A stretch of 64,000 nucleotides of DNA. Source: Antedon mediterranea (lineage: Eukaryota > Animalia > Echinodermata). Positions 1 to 12,205 of this stretch are shown here, piece by piece (the stretch's first letter is position 1; each line of letters opens with the position of its first letter). The notes below the pieces were generated by a model, which saw nothing but the letters and a program-made list of their open reading frames with translations, did not search any database and was not told the DNA's origin. The stretch spans positions 17,555,045 to 17,619,044 of the forward strand of contig NC_092680.1 in the NCBI RefSeq assembly GCF_964355755.1, read 5' to 3'. Both the position numbers and the translations under genes were made by a program.

Positions 1-96
1 CAATATCATAATGTTTGTTTTATGTTGTTTGTTATTGTGTATGCTTTTTTATTACTACATGTCGCTATGTTAAATGAATTCACAATATTAGCGATG

Positions 97-901
97 AACA
101 CCAAAACACTAGTATGGTGTCTTTGCATAAATCCCATCTGCAAACCAACACCAAAACACTAGTAGGGTTTCTTTGGTTAAATCCCCTCTGCAAACCAACA
201 CCAAAACACTAGTGAGGTTTCTTTGGTTAAATCCCCTCTGCAAACCAACACCAAAACACTAGTTAGGGTTTCTTTGGTTAAATCCCCTCTGCAAACCAAC
301 AGCAAAACAGTAGTAGGGTTTCTTTGGTTAAATCCTCTCTGCAAACCAACACCAAAACAGTTTGGGTTTCTTTGGTTAAATCCTCTCTGCAAACCAACAC
401 CAAAACACTAGTTAGGGTTTCTTTGGTTCAATTCCCTCTGCAAACCAACACCAAAACAGTAGTAGGGTTTCTTTTGTTAAATCCTCTCTGCAAACCAACA
501 CCAAAACACTAGTTAGGGTTTCTTTGGTTAAATCCCCTCCGCAAACCAACACCAAAACACCAGTGGGGTTTCTTTGGTTAAATCCTCTCTGCAAACCAAC
601 ACCAAAACACTAGTTAAGGGTTTCTTTGGTTAAATCCTCTCTGCAAACCAACACCAAAACACTAGTTAGGGTTTCTTTGGTTAAATCCCCTCTGCAAACC
701 AACACCAAAACACTAGTTAGGGTTTCTTTGGTTAAATCCCCTCTGCAAACCAACACCAAAACACTAGTTAGGGTTTCTTTGGTTAAATCCCCTCTGCAAA
801 CCAACACCAAAACACTAGTTAGGGTTTCTTTTGTTAAATACCCTCTGCAAACCAACACCAAAACACTAGTAGGTTTTTTTTTTGTGAAATACCCTCTGCA
901 A
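97..901. repeat. Minisatellite, ~50-51 bp unit, ~16 copies
   Basis: Unit aacaccaaaacactagttagggtttctttggttaaatcccctctgcaaacc repeats head-to-tail with point variants and no unique spacers. It explains the repetitive ORFs at 177-913. Confidence 0.97.
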
Positions 902-2138
902 GTCATATACTAATACAATTGAAATTCAAGAATGAGCTTGACGTATCGTATTTACTTTATTATGGTAAGCAGATTTGTTATTTTAGAGTTTATTATAATA
1001 ATAATATTCAAAGACCGTGAATTTAGCCTATGCCTATATTGTTCTTCATTGTTTACTGTATATTGTTATTCAATGATATTGAGAATAACTTCACTACATG
1101 CATGCACTTCCTCCTTTCACGAATCAAATGGTTAGAAACAAATTGAAACTCAATGATTCGAAATCAGAGCTCTTCCTGATTTCATATAATAGGCATATTA
1201 ACTATCTATCTCACCTCAATCTGAAAATAGGTTAGCAAACGATTACTCCGTCCGGCTCTATTAAAAATATTATATCATGTTTGATAACCAACGTCTGTGA
1301 AAAATCATGCTAGTCAGTATAGAACGATTCATTTTCACCTTCGTAATTGAAGTCGAATCCGTTGCTTTTTAGGCAGGTGTACTTGTGCACATGTAGTGAG
1401 AGCTTTGTTGATTTTATCTTTAAATACCACTTGGGTAGACGAGTACTTATATCTGAATAGGATATTATACTTAACATTCTTAAAACTAAGCGGTCTTTTG
1501 GTGTCATTTTTTATTCTGGGCCTCGATTGTGGAATTGCCTACCTGAATGCGCTCGTGAGGTTTCTAATGTGCAATCTTTTAAGAAACTACTTAAGACGCA
1601 TCTTTTTCCAAAGTGTTAAGTATTCAGTCAATGTCATATGTAACATTTTTTTTGATTTGTAAATTATTGTATACAATATTTATATTCTTGTACAGCGTTT
1701 GGGTCTCTAAGAAAAGCACTATATAAATAACTAATAATATAGATGTCAGCAAATATAGATGATATCAACATTCTACTTAGTAGGCCTACAATCAATCCAT
1801 CAGATGAATTATAAGTACTATCGCTGTAAAAATAATAAAATACAAGTAACAATAACATAGCATGTGTTTTATGAGTGGTGTAACTATTTCTATGCTCGCA
1901 TACTATAGATAAATCTTAAAAGAAGGTGACAGGAAGTATTGTTTTTTGTTTACGCTTTACCTTTGTAAGCGACTCAGAAACACTGTGTGTCCGGTAAAAT
2001 CCTAACAACAAAAGCAAAATAAAAAAGTATCAAATATAGTTGACAGTTGACAAAGTGTACAATAGAAAATAAAGTCGACTAAAATCTAAATGCGTAGAAA
2101 ATGTATTTTAGCTATTCTGCACACAAAATTGTATAAGA

Positions 2139-2177
2139 CTAGAGGGTGAGCTCGCTTCGCTCGCTCCCCCTCTAGGA
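2139..2177 (-). mobile_element. Helitron-like 3' terminus (hairpin + CTAG|T)
   Basis: Minus strand reads ...gagcgagcgaagcgagctcaccctCTAGT, a GC-rich hairpin before CTAG. The 5' end was not identified. Confidence 0.4.
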
Positions 2178-4006
2178 AGTGTAGACGATGGTTCTCGGAA
2201 TGATAATGTTCTCCTTGTACGTTTTCTGTCGGTTACCATTATTGAAAATGCTTGACATTCCTAAAACTAAACTACTTTGTTTCACAGTGTTTTAGATGAT
2301 TATAACATTTTAAAGTATAGTTTTTATTGTTTGGTAGGGCCCTTTGGGGAAGCGGAGGTCATTTGAGGGAGGTGCTTATTCGAGGGATATATGTTAAATT
2401 GTTTAGTTTTAATAATATGGTAACATTTATAATCAAATGAAATCCTCTAATAGATATGAAAAGTGGTAAAAAAGAATAACACATGACTTGGTAAATTGTA
2501 GATAACAATGCGGTGAATTCTACTACAAATAGTATAGGCCTAATTGTGTTATTATAAATATGTGGATGGACGTTTATTAGATAGTTGGGTTGGAGGGGGG
2601 GGGGGGGGATATTATTCAAAGTGATGTTTTATTGGAGAGGCGTTTATTCAAATGAATACCATCCTAATAATTATTAATACATTATTTAATTTAATCATCT
2701 TTTGAAACTAACTGCCGTGACAGAGTGGGCCCAAGAAAGAAGACATACGGCTTGCCACATGGGCAGACATCTCGGTCCTAACGGGACACAGGAAGATAGC
2801 CTACAGTTATTCCTGCAAGCTTACTCAATAAAACTCAGCTATCGGGATTTCACTCGAAAAATGTCTTATCAAATCTCCCTATGTAATTTTATAATACTAT
2901 TCCCCCGACTATTCCCCACAATATATTCTGATTCTTTATGGCGTATATTTAATTTGATCTTTATTAATTTGCAGTATAATTTCTATTATTTAACTACTGT
3001 ACCTTCACACACGCGCGGTATGTTTTAAAATAAACAAAAAACTGAAATGGCTATGACTAATGGCCAACTTAAGCTCCAGTCCTACTATCTGATTTTTTTT
3101 TCGTCTTCCAAAGGGACACTGTATTGATTGATGGAAAGTGCCTGTTTCCAGTCACCTTTAGGGTCAAATCTATTATTTTAACTGCTCCCTTGTGTATAAA
3201 AGAAAGAAAATATTTGAAACCAGGTTGTTGCAAGGTGAACTTATCTTTTAAATTAAACCCGGAAATTACTTTGACCGGGAAGAATTAAAAATCTAATGTT
3301 GAAATCATAAATTTTGTTAAAAAACTCTTTATAATATCTTCCTAAGATAGAAATATGGAACAATAGCTTCGATGTGAACACTAATGTTATCAAATCTACG
3401 TTTCGCGGTACATCTCAGATAGATAAGGTATCCAAGGCGGAGATTTGTACCGAAGTTTTTGCATTGTGCTCGCCTATGTCAGAATTAACCATAATTTATA
3501 TATAGATACGTACTTACGATTTGATTCGCAAGCCCCTCCCCCACTCAGTACGAAGAATCTAAATTAGAACTCAGTCCTGTTGTATTGAAAGCAATGTATT
3601 GAAAGTAACGTATCGAACTAATCTGTCCGTATCCTTGAAGTTCCTTTATCGATACTGAATTACAAAAACATATCCTCTCTTCTTAGATTATGGATGTATA
3701 ATACTTCCTTGTAAAACTAGATAGGCCTATATCTGAGAACTCAACTATATAAACGTGAATGATCCTCCATTTCCTATTCATAACGGATCGAAAATTGTTT
3801 AACGATATTCTGCCTATAATGGACTACTAGTCGGATATACAATCAACAACTAATAATCGTAGCCTACCTAAACACACCAGTCTCATTCACGAATTTTAAA
3901 TGTACGGCCTACCGTTTAGTTCCTTTGCTTTTCAAATTTAATTGTTAAATAACATGTAAGTAATGTTTTAGTAAAACATGGCCATATGTGTCCATTGATA
4001 AGTTAA

Positions 4007-4363
4007 GAGTCGTTCACACCTGTTCCCGCACGGTTCCGGTCCGAATCGAACATCAATGTTTCGTTTTCACGACGCTATGCGCATATCGATTGGCGCATAG
4101 CCGCGTGAAGCGTCGTGAAAACGAAACATTAATGTTCGATTCGCCGGAACGGAACCATGCCGGAACAGGTGTAAAAGACCCTAAGGGTCTTTCACACCTG
4201 TTCCGGCACGGTTCCGGTCCGGCGCCGGAAAATCCAATCGAACGCCAATGTTTCGTTTTCACGCGGCTACGCACATATCGTATGGCGCATAGCCGCGTGA
4301 AAACGAAACATTGATGTTCGATTCGCCGGACCGGAACCGTGCCGGAACAGGTGTGAAAGACCC
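4007..4363. mobile_element. Two tandem ~175-bp palindromic MITEs (PIF/Harbinger-like)
   Basis: Copies at 4007-4181 and 4185-4363, each nearly a full hairpin with termini GGGTCTTTCACACC...GGTGTGAAAGACCC. TAA precedes and separates them, matching the TWA target typical of PIF/Harbinger. Confidence 0.8.
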
Positions 4364-5949
4364 TTTACACAGCTGAAAATTGACTGTAACTATAATACAT
4401 TAAGTGAACGTCCATTTATTCTGATTACATTTTAGTAATTATATTTAATATTTTTTAGCAATTCGCAACTGTGAGTTACAGGATGCGCTCACTACCTCTG
4501 GTAAATTTACACCAGTTTCCGTAATGCGTTTTTTAGTAAAAATCGAAAAACGCTAAAACACAGTGGGATTTTAAAGATAAAAACTACACTTTGGGTAGGG
4601 GGAGAGTTTTTATCCTAAATGCTAGTCTTTAAGACTGTTCGTTCTTTGGTGCCATTCATGGTTTATCTAGCCTCGATTGCTATCGTTGTGAACTTGAAAT
4701 TAGAGGCGATCAAACAGTTCCGCGTCTACAGCAGACTGTATAGATATCGTTTCGTAAATATTAGTATTACTCACCATATTCCGAGATCAGGTACATTTAA
4801 AAGATCTTCACGGATGGTTTACTTATACTTAATTAAAAATATCTTTCCATAAATGTAGGATCAGCATGGAATATAGTTGTCTAAATTATTGCAGGTTGAT
4901 ATCGAATGACGTTGTTTGCAGAAAATCATGTAGGATTGTGAATAGAGGAAGTAGATATATATTATGTATATTATACATTATTTAAGTGAAGGTGGCATGG
5001 TTTATTTATAGAATGTAAATTCAGTATATGGAGCTATCATTTTTTATTTATTGTCGTTTCATAATTATGTGATTGAAATTAATTCTCGTTTTCTCGCTTT
5101 TATTGGAAGTATTGTTTTCAATAAATGAAAACGTCTACTCATTATCCTCATGTATTATTATCAAAATAGTCCTATAATATTTGTAGAAAAAAAACCAATA
5201 TCGGTCGGTATTCAGTTTATTTCATATAGTTTGAGTACGGTAAGGTATCTATTAAGTCGACAATTAAGTGGCCGATTTATTTCCAATTGGGTCCATATAT
5301 TTAAAATCAGAAAAAGTAAGAAGTGGAAACAGTTACAAAAAATTAAAAACGAGGAAAATGTGAACTATAGAAATACACAAAAAAACATTTTAAATCATTA
5401 TACAAAGTTGTTTATTTCAATTCAATTCAATTCAACTTTTATTTCAGACAATTGTCCATATGGTATAATACATTACAAAAAAAACCAAAAAAGATGAAGG
5501 AGAGAGGACCAAAACTTTTATCTATTGGTATATAATGCCTCTCTCCCTTTGTAGTACATGTATCCACCAACAAATATTTATATATACAAATTAACATTCT
5601 GTTTTATTTGTTCATTATTATTTGTTTACAGTTTTATTAGAAAACAACAATCCTAATTTCAAGGTGAAGGTCATTGGTGATGAAAAATCAGAACATAGTA
5701 CAAAATTAATCCAGTTATTTATACAAGATAAAATTGATTGAATACTAGTCAAATGTAAGCAAACGAAAAATCAACAGTATTGCTAATAGTCAATATTTCC
5801 AAATAAATTTGGGAACTTGCTGAATTCGTTCATTCATCCATTTTCACAAAATTATGTGAAACTTCCGCTGAAGCAAACAACGCCTTAAGCTCTGTTAACA
5901 CTATTAAACTTTTTGTGACAAAAATGTGGTGCACCCATTATGGTCATGA

Positions 5950-6048
5950 TGATGATGTCATATCACTACCATATTTGGTTATATCACTATCATATTTGGT
6001 TATATCACTACCATATTTGGGCACATCACACTTTTGTGTCAAACTAGT
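5950..6048. repeat. Dispersed repeat with 21-bp subunits (atcactaccatatttgg...), second copy at ~59690-59767
   Basis: Both sites share gatgtcatatcactaccatatttgg...cacatcacactttt...aaactagt. Confidence 0.75.
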
Positions 6049-6619
6049 GTAGACAGAGCTTCCGATGGAACATTTCATGGTTTTGTTTTGTTTTATACAC
6101 AACGGCCGAATCTTGGATATTGTTGACATTCGAGTGTGCATTTAAAATCTTATTTCACATTAAGTAATTTACTACATATTTATTCTCCTTGGTTGGTTTG
6201 TAGTTCAAACGTTTCAACAAGGACATTTTACTATAAATAATCTTATCACCGGTAAATAATATTTTCATTGTATATTATTCTACTATAGAAAGTAGTAAAG
6301 ACATATGTGATTATGTAGGCACATAGATTATTTACATTTTATGCTGCCCATTTATTATTATATGTATTCGACTCGGTTGAACTGATACCTTCTGTATGCA
6401 ATGATTAGGTATTAATAGATGTAACATTTAATAACCATGCAATATTATGACGATGATAATTATTATTATTTTACATTATTATATTACAATTAATTTCTAC
6501 CCTTACTTACACTATTAATTCCATATGGTATTATGCAACGAATCTTAACCAAGGTGGCTATGTGGCCATTACACGAATATAAAAGAGTCATTATTTGTTT
6601 TATACATATCTTGTATAAC

Positions 6620-7485
6620 GGGTGTCTAGAAAACTCAGATCTCAGATATATCTGAGTTTTTTAGATCTAGAAAACTCAGATATCTGACTTTTCTAGATAT
6701 AGAAAACTCAGATATCTGACTTTTATAGATCTAGAAAACTCAGATATCAATATCTGAGTTTTCTAATTCCAGAATGGAACTAGAAATCATCAGATCATCA
6801 TATGATTGGTTGGTAGGTCATTTGGATCATTCCATTATTAATTTGAAATACTAGAATATTATTGAAACTGATTACTGTAGGCCACCTATACGTTTTCTTA
6901 CTAATATTGTAACATGTAGAAGCGGCCTACGGCCTACAAAATACATTCTCTTCCAAGGATAGGAGTAATTAATTAAAACTTCAACGGCGCGATCATTCGA
7001 TACGGTTGACTAAAGACTGTTTATTTATACAGTGACGTAACATGGTCGCTAAGAAGTCAAATTACTGCTATATTTTGCCTTTTTTAGTGTTTATCCTTAA
7101 AATTTAGGAAAGTGAAATAGCCTATCGTGTGCGGCCTCTCAATAAACACCAGTGTGCCAAATTTAAGCACGTACCTTTCAGTGGTTTTGGACGAGATACG
7201 TAAAATTACGCGAAAAATTTAGTAGCATTAATATATACATTAATATATAGATTAGTAAGAAAACATATAATACTGTAGTATTTCAAACAAGCTACCCTCT
7301 GATAAAAATGGAACGATCCATTTGATGATCTGGGTTTTCTAGTTCCATTTTGGAACTAGAAAACTCAGATCTTGATATCTGAGTTTTCTAGATCTAGAAA
7401 AGTCAGATATCTGAGTTTTCTAGATCTAGAAAAGTCAGATATATCTGAGATCTGACTTTTCTAGATCTGAGTTTTCTAGACACCC
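6620..7485. mobile_element. Foldback/MITE-type DNA element with long modular TIRs and a central insertion
   Basis: Termini are GGGTGTCTAGAAAACTCAGATCT and AGATCTGAGTTTTCTAGACACCC. The ~170-190-bp arms are built from palindromic ctagaaaactcagatatctgagttttctag subunits. An inner inverted repeat ttttcttactaat/attagtaagaaaa brackets ~6906-7251. Confidence 0.8.
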
Positions 7486-8113
7486 CTTAGTGTATAACAC
7501 CTAAATATATTCATTTGAATCAGAAAAGATAGGCCTACATTTGATTCGCATTGATAATTATGTTTGTAACATATTTACATTGCAAAATAATTATATATGT
7601 TTTTTTATAATATATTTAATGTTATATTTATTTTGATTTTGTAATCACACCTACCTCGTGTTAATTATGTAAACGAACTCCAAAACAATCCTAGTCTTAA
7701 CTAGGCTGAATGGCAGCGATACCATTACGAAACTTCGCCAGGCAACTAACATTGTTCTAGGCTAATTCTGTGTTTTCAAACAATTCTATGTCTTGTAGAG
7801 TTGTTCCCATTAATTATTCAAAATCATACAAACGATCTAAAGCTAATTCAAATGCTTTTTTGGCCTAAGTTAGTATGTATATCTCTCCAAAAATTCCGTC
7901 GCGAAACGAGAGTTCATATAATAGGCGCTGTTGTTGTATAGGCGGCGCTGTTGATTTTTGTTTCGTGCGCTAAAAAAGTACTATTGAACAACCGTTCAAT
8001 AGTGCGTACTCTTGCACACAATTGTCAATCAAATGACAGGAATTTATTTAATTTAATTCAATTAACACTATTATAAATTGTTTGTATTTTAATTACTAAG
8101 ATGTAGCAACTTC

Positions 8114-11100
8114 TCAAACACTTGTCTGGGTGAAGGTGTTTGGTCTACTGCAGGTAAAACTGAACTGAAAAAAAAACATGTATAAAGAAAATTAGTACAT
8201 AAGACACAACAAAAGAGTTGTTACATCTCACTTACCAACAGAGAAAATATTAAAGCAAAACAATATAAACAATAGATATATATTTACCTTTGATTTACAA
8301 TATACTGTGTGATATTCGTCTACTTTGTATTCATTCCATGTAGAGATTTTATTACTTATGGCAACAAGATTCACCAAACACATCGTTCCATCCAAAGAAC
8401 TACATCTATCACATACTGGACCAAAAAGATACTGATCATGAAAGTAATCCGGATTAAAAGATTGTAGGATTATTTCTTCAATGAAAGTATGCATTTTCCG
8501 TAAGATAATAACTGATTCACTAGGGATTACTTTAGACACTGACAGTTTTAATAGATTTCTATCATATAAGAAAATACTGCCAGAAGAAATTGTTTCAGTC
8601 TTTATTTGAAACAAACATGTTTCACTTGCTCTGAAATATGCACAGTCATAATAGATCTTAATCCAATCAAAAACTTCGCAGAATTTTGCAAGAAGTCGAA
8701 GAAATATAAATTCTAGTAAGAATTCACCAAAATCGAAAAAAAATATGTCCGAGTTATGATAGCTATAATTAAATTCACGTTGTTGTAACTCAAGTTTGGG
8801 CAATTTGCAAGGAAGACAAAATGTTCCAACTTGATCAACTTGATTTGTTATTGTAAGTGGAAACATCAACTGTGTTCCTACCAAGTACCGAATCACATAA
8901 GGATAAACTCTCCAAATTCCTTTCATTCGGCAAATGTGTTCTAATAGTCTACTGTCTATAATTCCTGTTTCCAGTAATCTCTGCCAAAGATCAGATACGA
9001 GTCTGTTTCTGTTGTGTGGTTCAGGTACATTCACTAATAGTTTCAGAATGTCTATTAACATCTGAGGATCACAAACAACATAATTCTGAAGTAGTTCATC
9101 AAGTTCATTGTATATGATATCTCCAGATTTATCAAAGAAATTCAAAAGCTGACCCACATCAAAGTTCACAATGATTTTGCTTGTCAACTTTAATTCATTT
9201 TCAATATCTTTAACACTTACAATAACACACTGTCTATGACGAAATCCATTTAATGTATCTTTAAATAATAGGTATTTTAAAGAAAACATTTCGCAAAAGT
9301 ATTTCAATTTCGAAGTTTCATTATATAATGTTTGTCGCAGGAGGATAAGCTCTTTATCAATGTTGAATGAGTTTTCAATAAAAAAGCAAAGTCGTCCACT
9401 TGGATGAAAAGCAAGCAATCTTGAAAACCTTTTGTAAAGATGTGCATTTACAAAGGTATCAAAAGTAGAAAACGCATTTGCATCATGTACACTTTCTCTT
9501 CTTGTTCCTACCAGAAAGACTACAACATTCGCAATATCAACATGCATAGCAATAGATTGTAACCAGAATTGTAGCCGTTTAATGTGTCTATGGGGATTAG
9601 AAATCGCCGCTACAGCGTTGAAAACAACCAAGTATACGCCTTGCTTTGGCATAAACAGATGGTGTGTATTATAGTACATTTCTTGTCCTGCAAAATCCCA
9701 TAAACTAAGTCTTGCGTCAATCAAGCATTCGTTACGCACGTCTGATTTCATCGATTTCCTGATTTGCACTATTGGTATCGATGACGTATTTTTTACTTTT
9801 ATGTAGGAATGCCATTCGTAGATAATAAAACCCAAAATTGGTGTAACAACTGACACAACTTTAAGCAAATGTCTTGATAAAGAATAGTTATGTTCTTTTT
9901 CTAAATTGGTTAGATGGTTAAAATTAAAAAATTCCCAACCACACATTTTGCCAATATATATTCCAGCAATAAACCCAATAGTCTTCTTTAAAATATAGTT
10001 ATCAGGGACATACCCATACGCTACAATCAATCTTCCTAATATAGTCCCACATGCTATGAAAAAGGTAATTACTATAAAGCAAAATGAAATACATATCTCG
10101 ACGAAATTATTACTTCCGAAATAATATAATGCTGCAATGATACAAAATATGTTTATCGTGAACAAAATAATCAACTTCCTTCGACTAAGTGAAAATATAT
10201 TAGTGTGAATTCTCCTAAATATTGCTGATATAATACCGACAGAAATAACAAATTTAAGGTAAACTAGATTGTCAATAAATGAGAGTTTTTCTAAAAAGTC
10301 CTCGATTGAAGTTTGTATTGGATGTACCATAAAACACAATGCCAGACAAATACCAATCCTACAACCTACACTGACAAGCATACCAATAAGGAACGAACCA
10401 ATGCCATACATGCAAACAACCATTACACCTGTTGTGTAAATCATCCATAAGTTCCTGCTTTGTAAATTTTCGAAATTTTCATTTAATTGTGTAACACTAT
10501 CTACGAGTACCATCCATATAGAGAATCCACAACCAAAGCGGTAGGCCGTGTGAAAATCACATATTCCCATAATACAAATGATGTATATCCACACGACTGG
10601 TCCGAACCCGAATGTAAGCCCACCAAAACATAGTATAATAGTGAAAGGGATAATATACAACATTAAATAACATGTGTCTTCCAGTACTTTTCTAATCGAT
10701 ATTCGTTTATTTTTATCAGGCAACACACTTGTCTTATTTGATACCTGTTTACCCTCTTTGAGTAAACGCGATACTGTCCACCACGCTGCTGAACTTACAT
10801 AATCTTCCAGTGGAGTACTGGTCACTTCACACCATTTACTATTAACATCACTGACATTCGCCTCAACAGTGTTTGTTTCTATTCCGATTGTACTAGGCTC
10901 TTCTGGTCGAAATTCCTTTCCATGTAAACGCCTGCAAGTCGAAGTTTTCCCGGCACCATGATCACCCAAAAAAAGAATCTTAGTTCTATTGAAAGGTAAT
11001 TTCCCTCTCTCTCCCGCTGTTTTGTAAGTGTCTTTAACTTCTGTATCATCTGCTAAAACTCGCAAGTTAAAACTTCGCTTAAAAGATGCAGTATATCCGG

Positions 11101-11128
11101 TTAAGTAATTCTGGCCTTTTTTATCCAT
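8114..11128 (-). CDS. Roco-family (ROC-COR) GTPase with intra-ROC multi-pass membrane domain, copy 1 (intact; exons 11128-8288 and 8164-8114; 963 aa)
   Basis: P-loop GDHGAGKTS, switch I STIGIE, G3 WDFAGQ, Roco motif YYNTHHLF, VGTRR, and a COR-like region (LLNFFDKSGDIIY...VVCDPQ...LPCKLP). Hydrophobic block at aa ~150-440. A phase-0 intron (AAG|gtaaat...ttcag|TTC) gives the C-terminus FSFTCSRPNTFTQTSV*. Confidence 0.9.
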
Positions 11129-11496
11129 CTTACTGTACGTTATTTGAGATTTCTAACTTTCTGATATTTATCTAAGATAGTTTACTCCCTTTTTCATTTC
11201 TGTAACAAGAACATTTTTATAATTTTATTAAAACAAGAATTAAAACGTGAAAATCATTTATAAATAGGTATATTTCTGACCAGGTAGCGTTTACAACAAG
11301 ATTAATATATCCACCCGCACCCAAACGTTTATGAGAGGCTGACACTACTGTTCTCATTTATTGAAATTATAAATGAGATCAATTTACCAGTTAATTACCA
11401 TGCCATACTAAATCGGATCGGAGTGCATCTTTTATTAAGAAGATTCGTTATTGAGATATTACCTGCTTGAGGTGTGTTTTCACGACGGCGCTTAGG

Positions 11497-12205
11497 AACA
11501 ATGTTTTATTAGAATAGATAATAATAATAATAACTTTATTGACAAACACTTTTGGATCAGTGGCAACGCACTCATTAGTGGTGCAGTCAACTTAAACTAC
11601 ATACAAATAAACATTATAAACCAAACATGTATGTATGTACACTCAAGGATACATACATTAAATACAATAGTAAAACAAAACCAATGCAGTAGCTTTTCTT
11701 AACTTTGAACTTAAATTTTTCAACCTTTTTTTTGCAACAATGCAAATAAGCTCTTTTTAAATTCAGATCTTTTTTCCCAGGCAACTTCAAGAAAATGTTT
11801 ACAATATTTGTAAAATGCTTAGCTTTACTAAGATCCATTTTAATGTCCCCTCCTAAACTAAAATTGTTTTTTCATTAACATTAGCATGTTATGAACAATT
11901 TAAAGCCATGTATCTGATTTTTTGTATCGGTTTTCATTAAAAAAATATTTTACCAAGTTTCAATGAAGATCATGTAATACATTATATTTTAGTCACATGT
12001 TTCTTATTTTGGACTTTAAAATGCTGCAAATAATAAACGATGCCCAATAAGGAAGTGTAGTTTATTCTGTGGATCACCATTTTCTGCTCAAGGACAATTA
12101 TACGTATAGTGATTCCAATTTAAATGCTAAACATTTTGTATGGCCTATTTGTGAAGAAAAGCAAGTCACTTTCATAAAGTTCACTCATCCATAATGATTC
12201 TATAT
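11497..12205. repeat. Local duplicated block (second copy ~18948-19520; distal part also at 17652-18005)
   Basis: Near-identical sequence beginning ggaacaatgttttattagaatagataataat; the segment aaggaagtgtagtttattctgtggatcacc occurs three times. Confidence 0.85.

Noticed and set aside
97-901. Regular ~51-bp periodicity resembling a CRISPR array; contains TTAGGG
   Set aside because: There are no unique spacers and no cas genes, and the context is eukaryotic. A single TTAGGG per unit is not a telomeric array.
932-3028. Short ORFs of 60-110 aa here and in other intergenic regions
   Set aside because: They have no recognisable domains, and their composition matches AT-rich non-coding or repeat DNA.
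8228-8287. Hydrophobic C-terminal tail of the long ORFs as a tail anchor
   Set aside because: It begins at a conserved GT donor, is not conserved between copies, and is best explained as T-rich intron read-through. It is retained only as a possible intron-retention isoform.
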